Source of the DNA: Euprymna scolopes
Lineage: Eukaryota
Length of the DNA: 64,000 nucleotides
Direction: 5' to 3' (one strand)
Assembly: GCA_053919585.1 (NCBI GenBank)
Contig: CM132819.1
Shown: positions 50,531 through 64,000 of the stretch, piece by piece
How the letters are laid out: every line of letters starts with the position of its first letter
How positions within the stretch are numbered: the stretch's first letter is position 1
Notes under the pieces: model-generated
What the model was told of the DNA's origin: nothing
The model's database searches: none
The model's input: only the letters and a program-made list of their open reading frames with translations
Translations under genes and position numbers: made by a program

Positions 50531-50919
50531 TTAATTGTGTTAGTATCAACGGTAGTTTGTACCTTATTTGAAGTTACACTACTGAAAGTAAGATAAAGAT
50601 TTGAGTACATAATATGTCGAATGGCTTGGGGTTGTTGAGTAAATAGTGTAGGTTGAAGGGTAATATCTACGAGAGTTAAACGAGAATAAATTATGGTTTG
50701 TGTATTACTAAATACATAAGAACAAGAATAGTATACAGTTTGAAGTAGGATTCAAAATGATATTCAAAGATCAGATTTTACTTTTTTATGTGGAGAAGAT
50801 CACCAATATTGTGCCTATATAAAGAAAACATATAGTTTCTACTTCATATTACTTTAGGCTCAAACTATTGTTTATAAATATCTCTCTTTAAGATAATTGA
50901 CATAGTATAGGTATATATC

Positions 50920-51213
50920 TTCTGCTCTGTCGTCGTCATTTTCTTCTCCCTCATAATCTTATTCTTTTTTTTCTTTTTCGTATTCTTCTCTTTCTTTTTC
51001 TACTTCCTCTTCTTCTTCATAATCGTTGTCGTCGTCATCGGCTTCGTCGCCTCAGAAATGAAAAAACCGACCAGAACATCAACAATATTAACAACGGGCA
51101 GAACAGAAAAAATCAATATCAGAACAACAATGACCAGAACGACAATAACAAAAATCTAAAATGACAATAACAACTAAAACAAAAATATAACAACAGAAAC
51201 AAAAACAAACAGT
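50920..51213. repeat. Low-complexity (TTC/GTC)n then (AAC)n tracts
   Basis: Direct observation; ends in an N gap. Confidence 0.85.
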
Positions 51214-51399
51214 NNNNNNNNNNNNNNNNNNNNNNNNNNNNNNNNNNNNNNNNNNNNNNNNNNNNNNNNNNNNNNNNNNNNNNNNNNNNNNNNNNNNNNN
51301 NNNNNNNNNNNNNNNNNNNNNNNNNNNNNNNNNNNNNNNNNNNNNNNNNNNNNNNNNNNNNNNNNNNNNNNNNNTATTCTCTTTAATAATCGGTCTGGA

Positions 51400-52000
51400 C
51401 GAAGTTACTGTAGTTTAAATTTGCTCATATAAACTGTGCAAGTTGTCTCGATAAAAAAGTATGTAGTGTTAAAAAAGATGACTTTTGCTTTTATTTATTT
51501 TGCACATTTATAGCAATACTTTTGAATCTTAATCTTGTTTCTCTAAAACTTAGAAAGAGAGCATGCTGATAGTTAAGCATCATCCTATACCCAACATTGA
51601 CATTAAAAACACATTTTCATATACCAACCTTGTGCTGTCTTAAATAATTGGTCTATACAAACTTGATAGTAGTTCAAATTTGCTTACATTTAGCCTGCAA
51701 GTTCTCTCAATTAAAAGTAGTATTCGAAAAGATTACTTTTTTATTCCTTATTTTTTATTTTTATAGCTTTACTATTGTATTTTAGACTTGTCTATAAAAT
51801 CTTATAAACTAGACATATCTGTAAGCTTGGGGCAAAATGCATGCTGGTATGTAACCCCTTGACACCCTCATGAACATGATAAAAACTTGTTTCCATAGAC
51901 CAGCCATTTCATGTCTGTAATAATCGACCAAAACAAAATTGCGAATAGTTAAAATTTGCTCATGTTATGCCAGCAAGTTGTGGTGGTATTGTCTTATAAA
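51400..52000. repeat. Degenerate ~265-bp tandem repeat (3 units)
   Basis: 'aaatttgct.....gcaagtt' recurs at 51417, 51677 and 51952 with similar flanks. Confidence 0.65.
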
Positions 52001-52199
52001 TAAGAAAGAATACATGTTGGGTACGTATTTTCAAACAATAAAAGTTTTCATGGGGACTTATACTGCCTAAATATACTCAGTAATTTTTGGTTGTTGATCG
52101 TTTATGTCTGTTGCCTTTTATAAATGTGTGATAATGCACCTTGCCACTCACTTGATGAGAATTAAATACTTCACAGAATCACAGAAAAATAATTATGGC

Positions 52200-54740
52200 C
52201 TTCGTGTTGCCAAAAACACAACAATATGAAGGTGCAACCTATAAAAAAGCAACGTCGGACCCAGAAGAAAGATATAGGTGTCATGATCATTATTTCTGGC
52301 TAATATGGGGGCCCTAGTCGTTATTCTGCGAAAGTTGGCTTCCCTTTCTAATGTCAGTTACACGAATACAACAGACCATGAGCAAGTAAATATCTCCTTC
52401 AAATAAAGGATCATATATCGAAAACCAAAAAGCAGAGGTGAACAACGAAAGAGAATAGTAATGGAAAGCTATTACAGAAACCGCCGCAAAGAACACGATT
52501 ATCAGAAACAGATAAAGTGTGGTCCACTGAATACCGTATAAATAACCAAAAATTTGCAGACCAAGCACGACTCAATATAGAGTGTATTTCTAATTTAAAA
52601 CTAATCGAAATACAGCAAACATATATGATGGAAGACACAGATACGACCATAACTGAAATCTCGCGCATAAAATTAATCCACACCAGCTAAATAAAGTAAG
52701 ACCGAAATCTATAACAACAGAACTAACCGACAATAAAACATCATACAACTTATGAAGGAAGAGTACACAAAACTTCCATCCGCACATATAGAAATTCCAG
52801 ATATAGAAAACCTGTAAAATTTAGACATAAGGAACTTTAAGGTCGAGATCTATAAAACAACAGAAAAACGAGAATAGAAAAACTAAAGTAGAAAACACCA
52901 GGCAACTTATGAAATAAGAAAAACTAAAACTCTTATCCTTTAAGATACGAGGAGTGAACGAAATTCAGAACAAACACTGAGAACGTGAACGAGCTCATAC
53001 CATAAATCCCAACAAATACAATTACAACCTAAAATACTTTATTTTACGCAGCCATTGAATATGATGTTAAACGTAGAAATGAGACGGCGAGGAAAATGGA
53101 CCGACAAAACCTGGATTGGAATTGAGGCTGGAAACCCAGATCAACACACTTAAGAAAGAAGTTAAAGCGATGAACATTGTTACTTGAATGCTCACGAATG
53201 TACAAAATATCGAGCTAAATAATCAATCTAATTGAAAATTGAATGAAAACATGGAGACGTAAACTGACAGCTGATGCGCAATACATAATGCATATTAAAA
53301 TATAAAGAAATATATGATCACCACTATTATTCATCAGAGCCATGGTGCTCTTTAATAATAGGCAAATAAAATGCCAAGCCGAATACAATTTCACTTATAC
53401 AGCTGAAAGAATGAACTATCTAATGTAGATGTATTACTTTAAATTATCTGCAAAAACGGGAAAGAATCGGAGACGTTAATAAACAGAACCAGAGCTTTAG
53501 TCAGACTCTCCAAATAAATTATACATGGAATAGATTGCAGTCCTGATCATGAGAAGGGGGAATCGGGAAGCAGACACAATCTAAAAAAAAGAAACAAAAA
53601 CATTAAAAAGAAATAATTAAAAACATGAGAAAACCACTCGAAAGGAAGCTATATAATCGGAATCTAATTAAAGGCATACACACATGGACAGTGTCACTAA
53701 TTCGATACCCTGGATCATTTATAGTTTGGGCTCAAGAAGAAATAAGGAATCGCGACCAGAAGACTAAGTAACTCATGAATATGCGCAATGCACTTAATCC
53801 AAAGCATGATACAGAGCGACTCTATATGAAACGAAAAACAGAGTTATAGGGATGGTTTGTTTAGTCGTAGCAATAGAAAAGAATAAGAAAATACATAATG
53901 CAAAAGACTGAAAGAGTAATTACTGCAACAAAAGACATTGAAAAAAAAACGAAACAGAAACAGAAGAATAAAGGGACGAGAAAAGAAAAAAATGGGAAGA
54001 GAAACAACAACATAGAAGATTTATAAGGATCACCAAATATAAGACTAACGAAAACACTTTGGCATGGCTACCAAAAGGGAAATCTTCACAGTGGAACGGA
54101 TTCCTTTATTACAGCCGCATCAGATAACACGATTAAACCGTACCACATAAAAGCAAGGATCAACTAGACACAAAAACAGCAAATGCGGATTCTGCAGACA
54201 AGGAGACGATACAATAGACCACATAATAAGCGAATGCAGCAAATTACCCTCTCCCCCAAAATATATTAGTATAGACAAAAGCAAGTGGGAAAGGCAGTAC
54301 ACTGATGATTGTGCAGACAACTGAATCTTGAACAAGAATACAAATGGTACAGCCGTAAACCAGCAGCAGTACTTTAGAATAAAAATCGCAAAAGTCTATA
54401 GGACATGGATATACAATCGGATAAATTCATCAAAGCAAAACAACCAGATATCATACTCGTTAGCAATAGCAAAAACCTGTCAATTGTATATATTGATGTT
54501 CAACGGACCAGAGAGTGAAAGGTCAGGACGAGAATCAGAGCAAGTACACTAAACTAATCAGAGAGCCGAAAAGCATATGGAAAAAGAAAAACCAGGATAA
54601 CACCAAAAAAGTTAAGAGCACCCGTAACAATATCAAAACACTTTTAAAAGAGAATAGAGAGATTGCTGGGAAGATACAATGGGTAATAGTAATGAAAACC
54701 ATTGGAATATTACGGAAACCCTTGAATGCGACGACTAATA
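52200..54740 (+). mobile_element. R4/Dong-like RLE-type non-LTR retrotransposon, decayed with internal deletions
   Basis: NQKFADQAR, NYLM*MYYFKLSAKTGKESETL (cf. NHLMYMDDIKLFAK), NLIKGIHTWTVSLIRY, LMNMRNALNPKHDTERLYMKR, CCHC finger SKCGFCRQGDDTIDHIISECSKL, and RLE KQPDIILV. Confidence 0.9.
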
Positions 54741-56617
54741 AACATTCCCTACAAGCATAAACTGGGTATGGAGAAAATGCTACAGATGTAAAGTACAAAG
54801 AAGTATCAAATGGAATCATAAAAATCGAGCTGTATATTTTTATTGTAAATCCTCGACCTCTCCCCAATTCTGTGTGTGTGTATAAACATAAACTGACGCC
54901 ACGCCAAATAAGCGAGAAGGGTTACAGAGGAGGAAAAGATCGAGAAGATAAACTTCCGTTGGATGAGTGCAAAGATGATTGATACCATGAAGAGGGTTTA
55001 TGCCACCCAAATTCCAGAGAATGAATTGTAAGCGGATGTTAAGATAACGCAATTGCCTCTGCAATGGTTATCGAAAGATATGGTGAGTATTAGAAAACTA
55101 GGACGACTTGTCACTAAGACGCCCCAAGTTGTTCTCAAATATAAATCTCTGACGATGACTTGTGTGACTACTTCAAGTGAATATACAATAATAATTTATA
55201 GTTTTAGCTTCGAATGTAACCACACTTATAAGTTTATAGATATCAAGATTAGGGAAAGAAAACACTGCATAGGTGGTTCATAGATGGGTGCGAGGGGGAC
55301 TATGCCAATGGGGAATCTTACTGCAATCCAAATTCTACTACAAATATAAAAATGTAAAATGTAAAAACAGTACTATTGGTAAATATAATAGTAATTTATA
55401 ACAATACTAACATCACCACCAGAAGCACTACCTAAAATACAAACACTAACAACATCGCCAAAAACAATAACAACGGCAAAAGTGTTTGCATTTACAAGTA
55501 TCACGCCAAATATTCGTGGGAAGTCACAGAGTAGGGGGAAATCGAGGAGAGAAAACACTGACAAGACAATCGTTGGATAAGTGCTAAAAGTTTGGGACCT
55601 TGTAGAAGCTTTTTTACACTCTGAATTTTTGTGAAACCTAATGATCTATCTCGGCTAGGAATTTATCATAAACGGCTGTTGTTATGGCTCAAATATATTT
55701 AGGAATTTTGACAAGTATATACATGCGACCGGGGACTGCTTATAATTCCACTTGAAAAAATAGCCGGTTAAATTCAACTAGGATTAGCACCCCTTCAGTT
55801 TAAGGGATAAATCTTGTTTATCTAGCAGGGGTTTCTCCGGTTCGGAGCAATGACGATATTCTTTAAATATGTAAGGGTTATCTTGCCGTTGTGAACACGT
55901 TAGATATTGTGAATGCACTTATGTTGAAAAAACTATGCGCCAAATTTCCTGCTTGCAATCTTCACGATAAAATAAGATTTTAATATCTCGTTCATGCTTT
56001 TACGCGCACAGTTTGAACAGAAAAATAAATAAGAATATCTATTTTTGCCTTTAATTTTTAGAATGTCGTTATACGAATTACATAAGCGGTATTATAATCA
56101 TATTACAAATATAGCAAAAATTGGGTGGATAGTTTGTTTAAGTATGAATGGGACCAATGAATTTCACATGTGAAGCGAGAAACAATAATTTATTATCACA
56201 TATATTTTATATAATAAATGTATCTAAATGATCGATTTCAATTCGTTCGATAAAGTTTACAATTTTTTTTATTTGCGTGTAAAATGACAGCTCATTGTTT
56301 TCTCTGTAATATTACTGTCCAAATCATCCGATAGTGTAAGTCATATAATTTTAAACTGGCTTGAAAATCGGAGGGATATGTTGTAATGGTCACTTATCAT
56401 TTAAACGATTAAAAACAGCGCTGTAATATATAATAATTACATGCGGTTACGTCAGTTCTTTTTGTTCTAAATGGTAATTTGTCTCCTGGTCAAGTGAAAC
56501 AGCTACAAATAGGATTAACACATGTTATCGCAAACGCATTAATTTCCTGTCTGTCTACGGATTTTTGTTTCTATTTTTTTATGAATAGTAATTTTTAAGT
56601 TTTGAGACATTGTGTTG

Positions 56618-56695
56618 AACAAAGATGGCAGTGTAGTTCAGATCAGTAACCAAGATGGCGGCGTAGTTTAGATCAGTAACCAAGATTGCGGCCAA
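56618..56695 (+). repeat. 30-bp tandem repeat (2.5 units) carrying the YY1-like CAAGATGGCGGC
   Basis: aaccaagatggcggcgtagtttagatcagt-type unit; ATTGG boxes at about 56783 and 56819. Confidence 0.8.
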
Positions 56696-58240
56696 CATTC
56701 ACATGCGGTCCGTGGCGAAGTTAACGGCGAATTGATTGAATAAAAAATTCGACAACTTTTATAATAATTTTGAAACGTTTTCATTGGTTGTTTAGCAGAG
56801 CCGGTGGTTATAAAAATGATTGGCGAACCCATTCGTCTCATACCCCCATTCGGAGTCAAAAATATTTTACAATAATTAATTAATAATGTAAAAAAAACCC
56901 AATAAATGTTATAAAATAAAAAGAAGAAAAATATGCAAATTGCACAAAAAGATAATGTGATATTTAAAATTGCTAAAGAAATGTGCTTCTATGAAACATC
57001 GGAAAAAGAGTTAATATTTTTTCCTACTGGGCTTAGCGTTACTCATGAGGTACGAAGAAGCAATGGATCACATAAATCGACGACCAAATATTTATTTAGA
57101 AAATAAGACAAAGAACACGTAAATTAATGAAGAGCATATTTTCTTCAGTAACAGTAAATACCATCAGATAAAACTTGCCGGTCAAATTCATAGGACATTT
57201 TGATTAATAACCACTTTAATTTAATGTTATGTTTGATAATAATTCACAATCTCATTAAAATGAAATTAATGAGTTAAATCAGCACATTTTATTAACAACA
57301 TTTTGAATTCGATAAATGCCCTTTGTTATCGTTTAATATTCTTTTAGTCACTGGTTAGGCAATAAATTTATTTTATTTGGAGCAGACGACAATAACTAGG
57401 GGTGAGTTTAAACAGACAATTAAAATTGAGTGATTTGCCGGCCTCAGTGATCCTTGTAGTTTCAATTATTCACTGTACAGGTTTTATTAATCTGTTTATA
57501 TTAGTCTTCTAATGTAAACTTTTTTTTACAATTTTTAATTTAATTAAAACTTTCAAGTATTTTAGAAATACAAGCATCATTAACTATTTATAATTTTTGT
57601 GTTTTAAAAATGTTTGAATTATTCTTTTAAAATCATAGACGTTTTGAAGTTATTTATGTTGCACCAAGGTGCAACATAAAGAGAGTAAAGTTAGGAATAC
57701 GATTAAAATAATATATTTTATACATTATGTCTGGTTGTACTTATTTTATTAAACAAAACAGTTTTATGTGTTTTATATTCACAATTTTAGTCTGACAAAA
57801 TATTACGCTGTTAAATATATATGCATAATTAAACTAACTCTATGATAATTTTCCGTATATATAAAACTCAATGTATATGTGTATTTCTCAGATCCTCGCA
57901 CGTTTCGTAAATGTTAAGTAAAATATCATATATAAAATATAAAACGTGTCCTCATTTACACTTGTAAGAAACAATAGCAGTGTTCCTGAGATGTGCAGTA
58001 GATTATCTATGATAATATAACGCATTTATATCTTTAAATATACCATATATTTTTTTAAGTTTTACTTGCATTTAAAAACCGTTTTTAAGAAGAATATTGA
58101 AACGGTATGTAACCATTATGTTGCTCGCCGTGTCTCTAATATGTTTCCTCTCTCACTTCTGAGGGACTATTGGTACAAAAATTCTTTATATACATACATA
58201 CACACACTCATATATATATATATATATATATACGTGTGGT

Positions 58241-58278
<38 letters not shown>

Positions 58279-58899
58279 AATGTTTAGAGGTACAGAATTT
58301 AAATAAAGTTTTAAATATAATAGGCGAAATTCTCTCGAAAGCTCTTTCAGCTATCATTTCATCTGGAGAAAATCGATAGCGTAAAAATAATACTATGTCG
58401 AAAGTAAAGAGTTCTGATGGGGAACTATTGAATGTGCCAAAAATTACGGGGACACTAAAATAAAGTTTATTAACGTTTAAAAAAACGATTAAAATAATGG
58501 CACAAGAGGAAAAATAAAAACGGGAGAAAAGATTAACAGTTCCCCAAAGAGGAACAAGGCAGGGTCGATAGCGCAAATCGAGACTGGTGCCATCACATTT
58601 GTAGTAAGGTTGAATTTAAAGGCAGATTATTGGATTTCAGGNNNNNNNNNNNNNNNNNNNNNNNNNNNNNNNNNNNNNNNNNNNNNNNNNNNNNNNNNNN
58701 NNNNNNNNNNNNNNNNNNNNNNNNNNNNNNNNNNNNNNNNNNNNNNNNNNNNNNNNNNNNNNNNNNNNNNNNNNNNNNNNNNNNNNNNNNCAAACAAGCT
58801 ATAAGCAATGAATTCCCTTTGGCGAAATTTGTGGCGTCCTCTGGAGTTTCTTGTACTTAACACTCTTTCGATTAACTTTGCAAATTAGTTCGAATTATT

Positions 58900-60080
58900 A
58901 CACTAGCCGTTTACAATTACTTTTCCGCTGCTGGTGATCATTAGACTTCACTGATATTTTGGTTGCAACAAGCCTCCGCAAGCTCGTAGCTCTTTTCGCA
59001 CTCATCAGGTATAAGTCTGGTTATGGTTTTCTCTTCTCGGTCTTTTTATCATCCTTCATTTTTTTAAAATTATTTTGCGTGTCGTAAGTTTATACCGACA
59101 TTAAAATTGTTTTTTCTTTTTTTTGGTGGGGGGGCATACATATATAGTATCAGGTTTCATTATTCTATGGGGGGTCGTTGTGTTTTACTTATGTGTCATT
59201 GTTTTTATACCCAGCTAATGTGCATTAGTCTACGCATTAAATGGTGTTCTTTAATATTTCAGCCGTTACATTATTTTTGCCCGTTGTATGTTCTCAGCAA
59301 TTCCTCTGATTCCAATATTTCCCATTCTTATTTTAAAGATTTTTTTCTATGGTATTTTGCGCTGCTGTTATTAGAGGTGTTTTATTAACTTTCTCTCTCT
59401 TCTATTTTTTTTAACTCTCTAGCCTCTTCCGCGTATTTGATCTGTTTCTGCGTCCTCTTACTTATCACTTTATGGTCTGGTGGAACATATAACTTTACAC
59501 ACTTACATTTTCTTCTTGGTAACAATTATTATATCCGATATACTTGGCTAGATGTTTTGATAGATCCACGTCCAATAGTATTCTGTTATATTTTGTTTTC
59601 AATTACTAATGCTGCTTTGTGCTTGAATTATCTGTCAATTATTGTGCAGCTTTTTGCATGATTCCCAGTGCACCACCTTACTCACTTGGTCTGCAATTCC
59701 ATTATGTTTCATCTCATTTGCTGTATTCAGTTATTATGTTATTTATTCTTCGTCTTTCTGTCCACAGAGTCTGCCTTTTCTGTTTTTGTGTCTTGTCGAT
59801 CCTTTTTTATGTGGTGTGTTTAGATAGCGTTACTATTATTATCATTATTATAGGTTACTAGAAGGTTTCAAACACGTCATCATCATATATCTTCCTATGT
59901 CAACAAGCTGGAATGTTATGTTCAGTCTGACTGCTAAAAGTGTTCTAATATTTCCAGTACTTTTCACCGATTCACTTGCCTTTAAAATGATTTGGAATAA
60001 TCGAAACAGTCGTTTTCCATTAAAATCTCATTGAAACAACCACTCGTCTTCACTGAAATTTGGGCGGCAATAACCCCTAA
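58900..60080 (-). mobile_element. R4/Dong-like C-terminal fragments
   Basis: NAI*THHIKKRIDKTQ (~59830-59780) matches 54125-54175; KVVHWESCKKL; 3' end 'KVLEI' (~59960); abuts a (TAT)n tract. Confidence 0.7.
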
Positions 60081-60150
60081 CAAAGAATTATCATTACGCA
60101 TTATCTGTTTGTTTTACTTTTTGTATAAACTTTATTAGTTTAGGATTTCG

Positions 60151-60202
<52 letters not shown>

Positions 60203-60381
60203 CATGTATATATATATGTATATATATATATATATTAATGGAATATGAAATAACATATAAGATTGTCAACATCATGAATTTTGGAATATAAATTTGTGTT
60301 ATTTATTCTCTCTCCCTCTCGTTCTCTCTCTCTCACTCTCTCTTTATACACACACCATCACCCCCCCACACACACACTCAC

Positions 60382-60430
<49 letters not shown>

Positions 60431-60718
60431 TGTGTGTATATGTGTTTGTTTTGCTCAGGCAATAAATGTATTTGAAACTCTTAGTATCTTTCAGTTGGGT
60501 TTCCTCTTTTCACGCCGACATAAACTGCGTCTGTATGCAAATGGCTAGTCTTAAATATCCTAATGGACGGGTCAACATTATCATTAAATAGACCAACGTG
60601 GCGTCTTCTCATGTAAATTTTTGCCAGTGGGTGTTCGTTCTGGTGCAATGCACCGAGATCCGCCATTGTAACTAGTGTCTCGTAACTCATTTCACATGCA
60701 GAATTGCTAATCGAATGC

Positions 60719-60762
<44 letters not shown>

Positions 60763-61049
60763 AATAGTTACGTCCAGTTAGTTTTTAGAGGCGTCCATCC
60801 TTTTAGTACAACAGTAGTTGAAGATGTTCTTTTTTAAGTGATGAGTAACAAATAAATATGATAAATTCTTGTGTCGTTATGTAGTCTCTATCAACATTAT
60901 TTTTTGAAAGATTTAATTTTAAAATAGCTGCTTTAAAAACTAATATGCAGAAATGCCATCGGATGTCCTACTCTTCTTTAGTTTAGCAGGCCGAGTATGT
61001 CCTCAAAACGTTCCGACAAATGGGTAGCAATATAGAGATGATCGTAAAG

Positions 61050-62100
61050 CTAGGTCACGTAATTATTGCCCCTTGTGTGGCACATTATAAGAAGAAAACG
61101 CCGGTTGAGAATGTTGTGCGTGACGATACTATAGCCGCGCTCGTCTGCGTTACGACTGAATGAAACCAAATATCTGAGAAAGACAACTATATGTTGATGA
61201 TTTTCCTTTCTTTGCTTTTCTTTATCAACTCGATCAATACGATTGGAAAAAAATGATGCAATCCAGTAATATCTAAAACCTGTCTGATGACCTCATTGAG
61301 AACGCCGTTACTAGAGAATATGCTTGTCCTCAATATACATGGCATGGTGTACTATTAATATTCGTTGACCAACTTAAAAAGGCACCACTTGAAATATCAT
61401 GGACAGCTCGACGACGATTAGTAAAGTTTTCGCAGAAGCATTTCTGACACCGGATGATGTGTCATAAATTTACAGCTTTGAAGCTACCAGACGAAGTAAT
61501 CTGCAGGACTTTCTTATAAATTCGAATATAATTGTCTACATAATCGAACACTTACGTCTTACCCGTTCATCTGTGACGGGACGATAAAACCATCCCTGTC
61601 AGAGGCTGGGCAATACATACATGAAGATGTTGACAGGAAATCAGATGATTCATGCAAAATGTTTTAACCAGATTTTGAGAAGATGAAGGTCACATAAACC
61701 GACAATTAAATATCGATTTTAATCGAAGTCCCTCTAAACGAAATGATTGTGAAATGTTACAATATCGTTTAAATCGATGTTGCAAATAGCCGTTACTGTG
61801 CCCCTAATTGCGCAATTCAGCCGTCTTTGGTCGATAATTAGATGTTTTACATAGCGTACTACGGAAGAATAGACTTCCGTTATACAGAAGCAGTTGTTCA
61901 AGATGAAGCAGACGCTATGCTTATAAATCAGTTGGCAAGAAGATAAACATTTAATATGTTCGTAGGTTTAATTGCCGTTGGTTTGAATTATTATTATTGA
62001 TTCGATGGCGATAAAGTACTTACAAGTACTTATAAGAACAACATAATTGATGGTGATTATCTTCTAGACCATCGCCGTAAAATATTCATTTGGTTTATAT
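61050..62100 (+). pseudogene. XPG/PIN-like nuclease relic, probably from an AcademX-type DNA transposon
   Basis: Ordered motifs: LYVDD (cf. IIDG), VLLIFVDQ..APLEISWTARRR (cf. VDIVFDxY..SxK..TRxRR), QDFLINSN (cf. WxxFLxNxxNK), QDEADAMLI (cf. HEEADTRI), MFVGLIA (cf. DTDVFVLL). Confidence 0.4.
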
Positions 62101-64000
62101 TGCTTAGTATTCTAAGGAAAATGTTCATAAGTTGGTGCTCTGGAACATTGATCGTCGGATATAAGAGAGTAAGTGTCAATGAATGAAGTCCAGGATTCGT
62201 TCAAACCAACCAGAAATCAGATATTAATTGGTAACTACTGTTGCATTGAACTTAATATCTTAATATTTTTATATATTCTTTTTCAGTTTTTTAATGTCAA
62301 CAAATAATGTAAATACGAAATTTCCAAAGTCAATGTCTTTACATATGTTTCTTTGTTTTATACTTTATAACAGTCTGATAGAAAATACATCCCATACAGT
62401 TGATGCGCACGCTTTTTTTAAATAGGAAACACTAATTAATCTAGCTTAAAATAAGCATCGAATCTCGGTATAATCGTTGTGCATTTTTTCTGAAATATTG
62501 TAGAACTACAGTCAAAATTTAGCAAAATAAATTGAGTAATACATATTTAAACTGATTTATTTGTATGTTGTTTATTTGCGGGGGAATTGCATAAAACCAT
62601 ACGCTGATTTAAAAACTAAACCTATTTTATTCGATCTTCATGGGAAATTATAGACACATCAAAAAACAAATTACGAAGCGAACGTGTGCATTGTTCTGAT
62701 TTTTTCACAAAGTTATAGTACATAAGCAAATAACAAAGCATTTATGATTGCAAAGACTGTGTCGTCTTCTTTTTTATTCTTTTTCTGAAGTATATGACAA
62801 CATTTATTGTTTTTGAAATATAACTAAAACAAATATTTTATTCTATTAGTTTGCAAAGTACCAGCATCACTTAATACCAGGTGTCGCAAACCTAATATAA
62901 TATGTATAGTGATTTTTCAAAAAATGTACAAGATGTCCCAATATTACGAAATAAACTAAAGAAGAAATGTTTAATTGGTTGTTTGCACATTGTCAAAACG
63001 ATTAACAAACGACATCTCAAATTTAATACATTTCTTTTATGTGTTTCTGTTGGTTTGTTTTTTATCCAGACGTATTTCCTAATTAGCTAAATCGTACAAA
63101 AATAAATTTTACATTAAAAATATAACAACATCCAAGAGCAAATGCCTGAAAGCGTATGTAAATATTTTTCCTCTTTTGGTTTTCCTATGATATTTTCAAA
63201 AGTTGCGAACTCCACGAAAAACAATTATTTATAAAGTATAATTGCTAATTTACAGTAATTAAATCAACACACGTCTTAAAGTCGATGTTTTATTGTGTTT
63301 GAATTATTGTTCAAGCCTGAACACTTGTAAAATATGCAATCTTAGTCTTATAGAACAAGTGGCACCCATTTATTCGACATACTTGCAAAGTTAGATTACA
63401 TTTAAAAATAAGTCCATCATAATCGATTGAATCCTTTTTAGAATTTTATTTTCTCCATTTTCTTGAAATATTTTAAGAACCATCTAAGAACAAAAGAAAT
63501 TAACACACAATATAATGTCTATATATGCAGATATGTATTTGTTTTCCATCACAGTATTTTTTATCCTGATGATTTACCCTTCCTCTTATACTTAATGCGA
63601 TAATTGAATGAAATGTGTCGTGGTTTACGTTTAAAATCCGGATCTCGATCAGAGATATTTACTTTAATAACATTATAGGCAGAAAATATTTTTTATGAAA
63701 AACAATACTCTTTTTGCAAACAAATTACCGTCAATGTATTCGTACATGCAGACACAGATGAAGCTTTTGTGTTGTTGTATCAAAAATGTAAGTAAGAGCA
63801 AATGTCACGACAATGAGAAAATACGAACTAAAATTAAAACGATTATTGGCTGGACAGCAGCAAGAAAACAACTTCCCTACAATCCGTTTATTCACCGAAC
63901 AGGAAGAGGCAACAATGGTAGAAACTTTCTGTCCATGGAAATGTTGCTCCAGCTATGAGAATGGTCAACCATGGTAAGCATCAGACTTTGATAACAGTGG

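Noticed and set aside
197-58863. ORF-track entries spanning N runs or (TA)n/(TG)n tracts (poly-X, YIYIYI, CVCVCV)
   Set aside because: Artefacts of gaps and microsatellites; no coding evidence.
61280-61305. CTGATGA hammerhead-core match (also at about 35634)
   Set aside because: No properly placed stem II-GAAA-stem III.

Overview
AT-rich eukaryotic genomic DNA, most likely from an invertebrate animal (species not determinable), with short N gaps and many microsatellites. There are no prokaryotic features (no operons, rRNA, tRNA or CRISPR). The window is dominated by decayed transposable elements: an autonomous-type Helitron remnant (Rep plus PIF1 helicase) and a family of non-autonomous Helitrons in tandem and inverted arrangements, a DD34D mariner, an IR/DR-type Tc1, probable piggyBac and AcademX-like (XPG/PIN) relics, a BEL/Pao internal region, several CR1/L2-group LINE fragments, an RTE-BovB-like fragment, R4/Dong-like RLE retrotransposon fragments and Penelope-like (RT, GIY-YIG) fragments. 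No intact host gene can be called with confidence. The TE-poor stretch at about 26-42.5 kb carries several strong splice or promoter signals and a speculative Cys-patterned (Ly6/three-finger-like) multi-exon model. The most interesting structural observations are a hammerhead-like two-hairpin insert, a degenerate ~85-bp satellite split by nested insertions, near-perfect palindromes and repair scars, and an inverted Penelope-like insertion. I see no convincing evidence for a wholly new biological system; speculative items are marked as such. All family assignments come from manual translation and remembered consensus motifs, not database searches.
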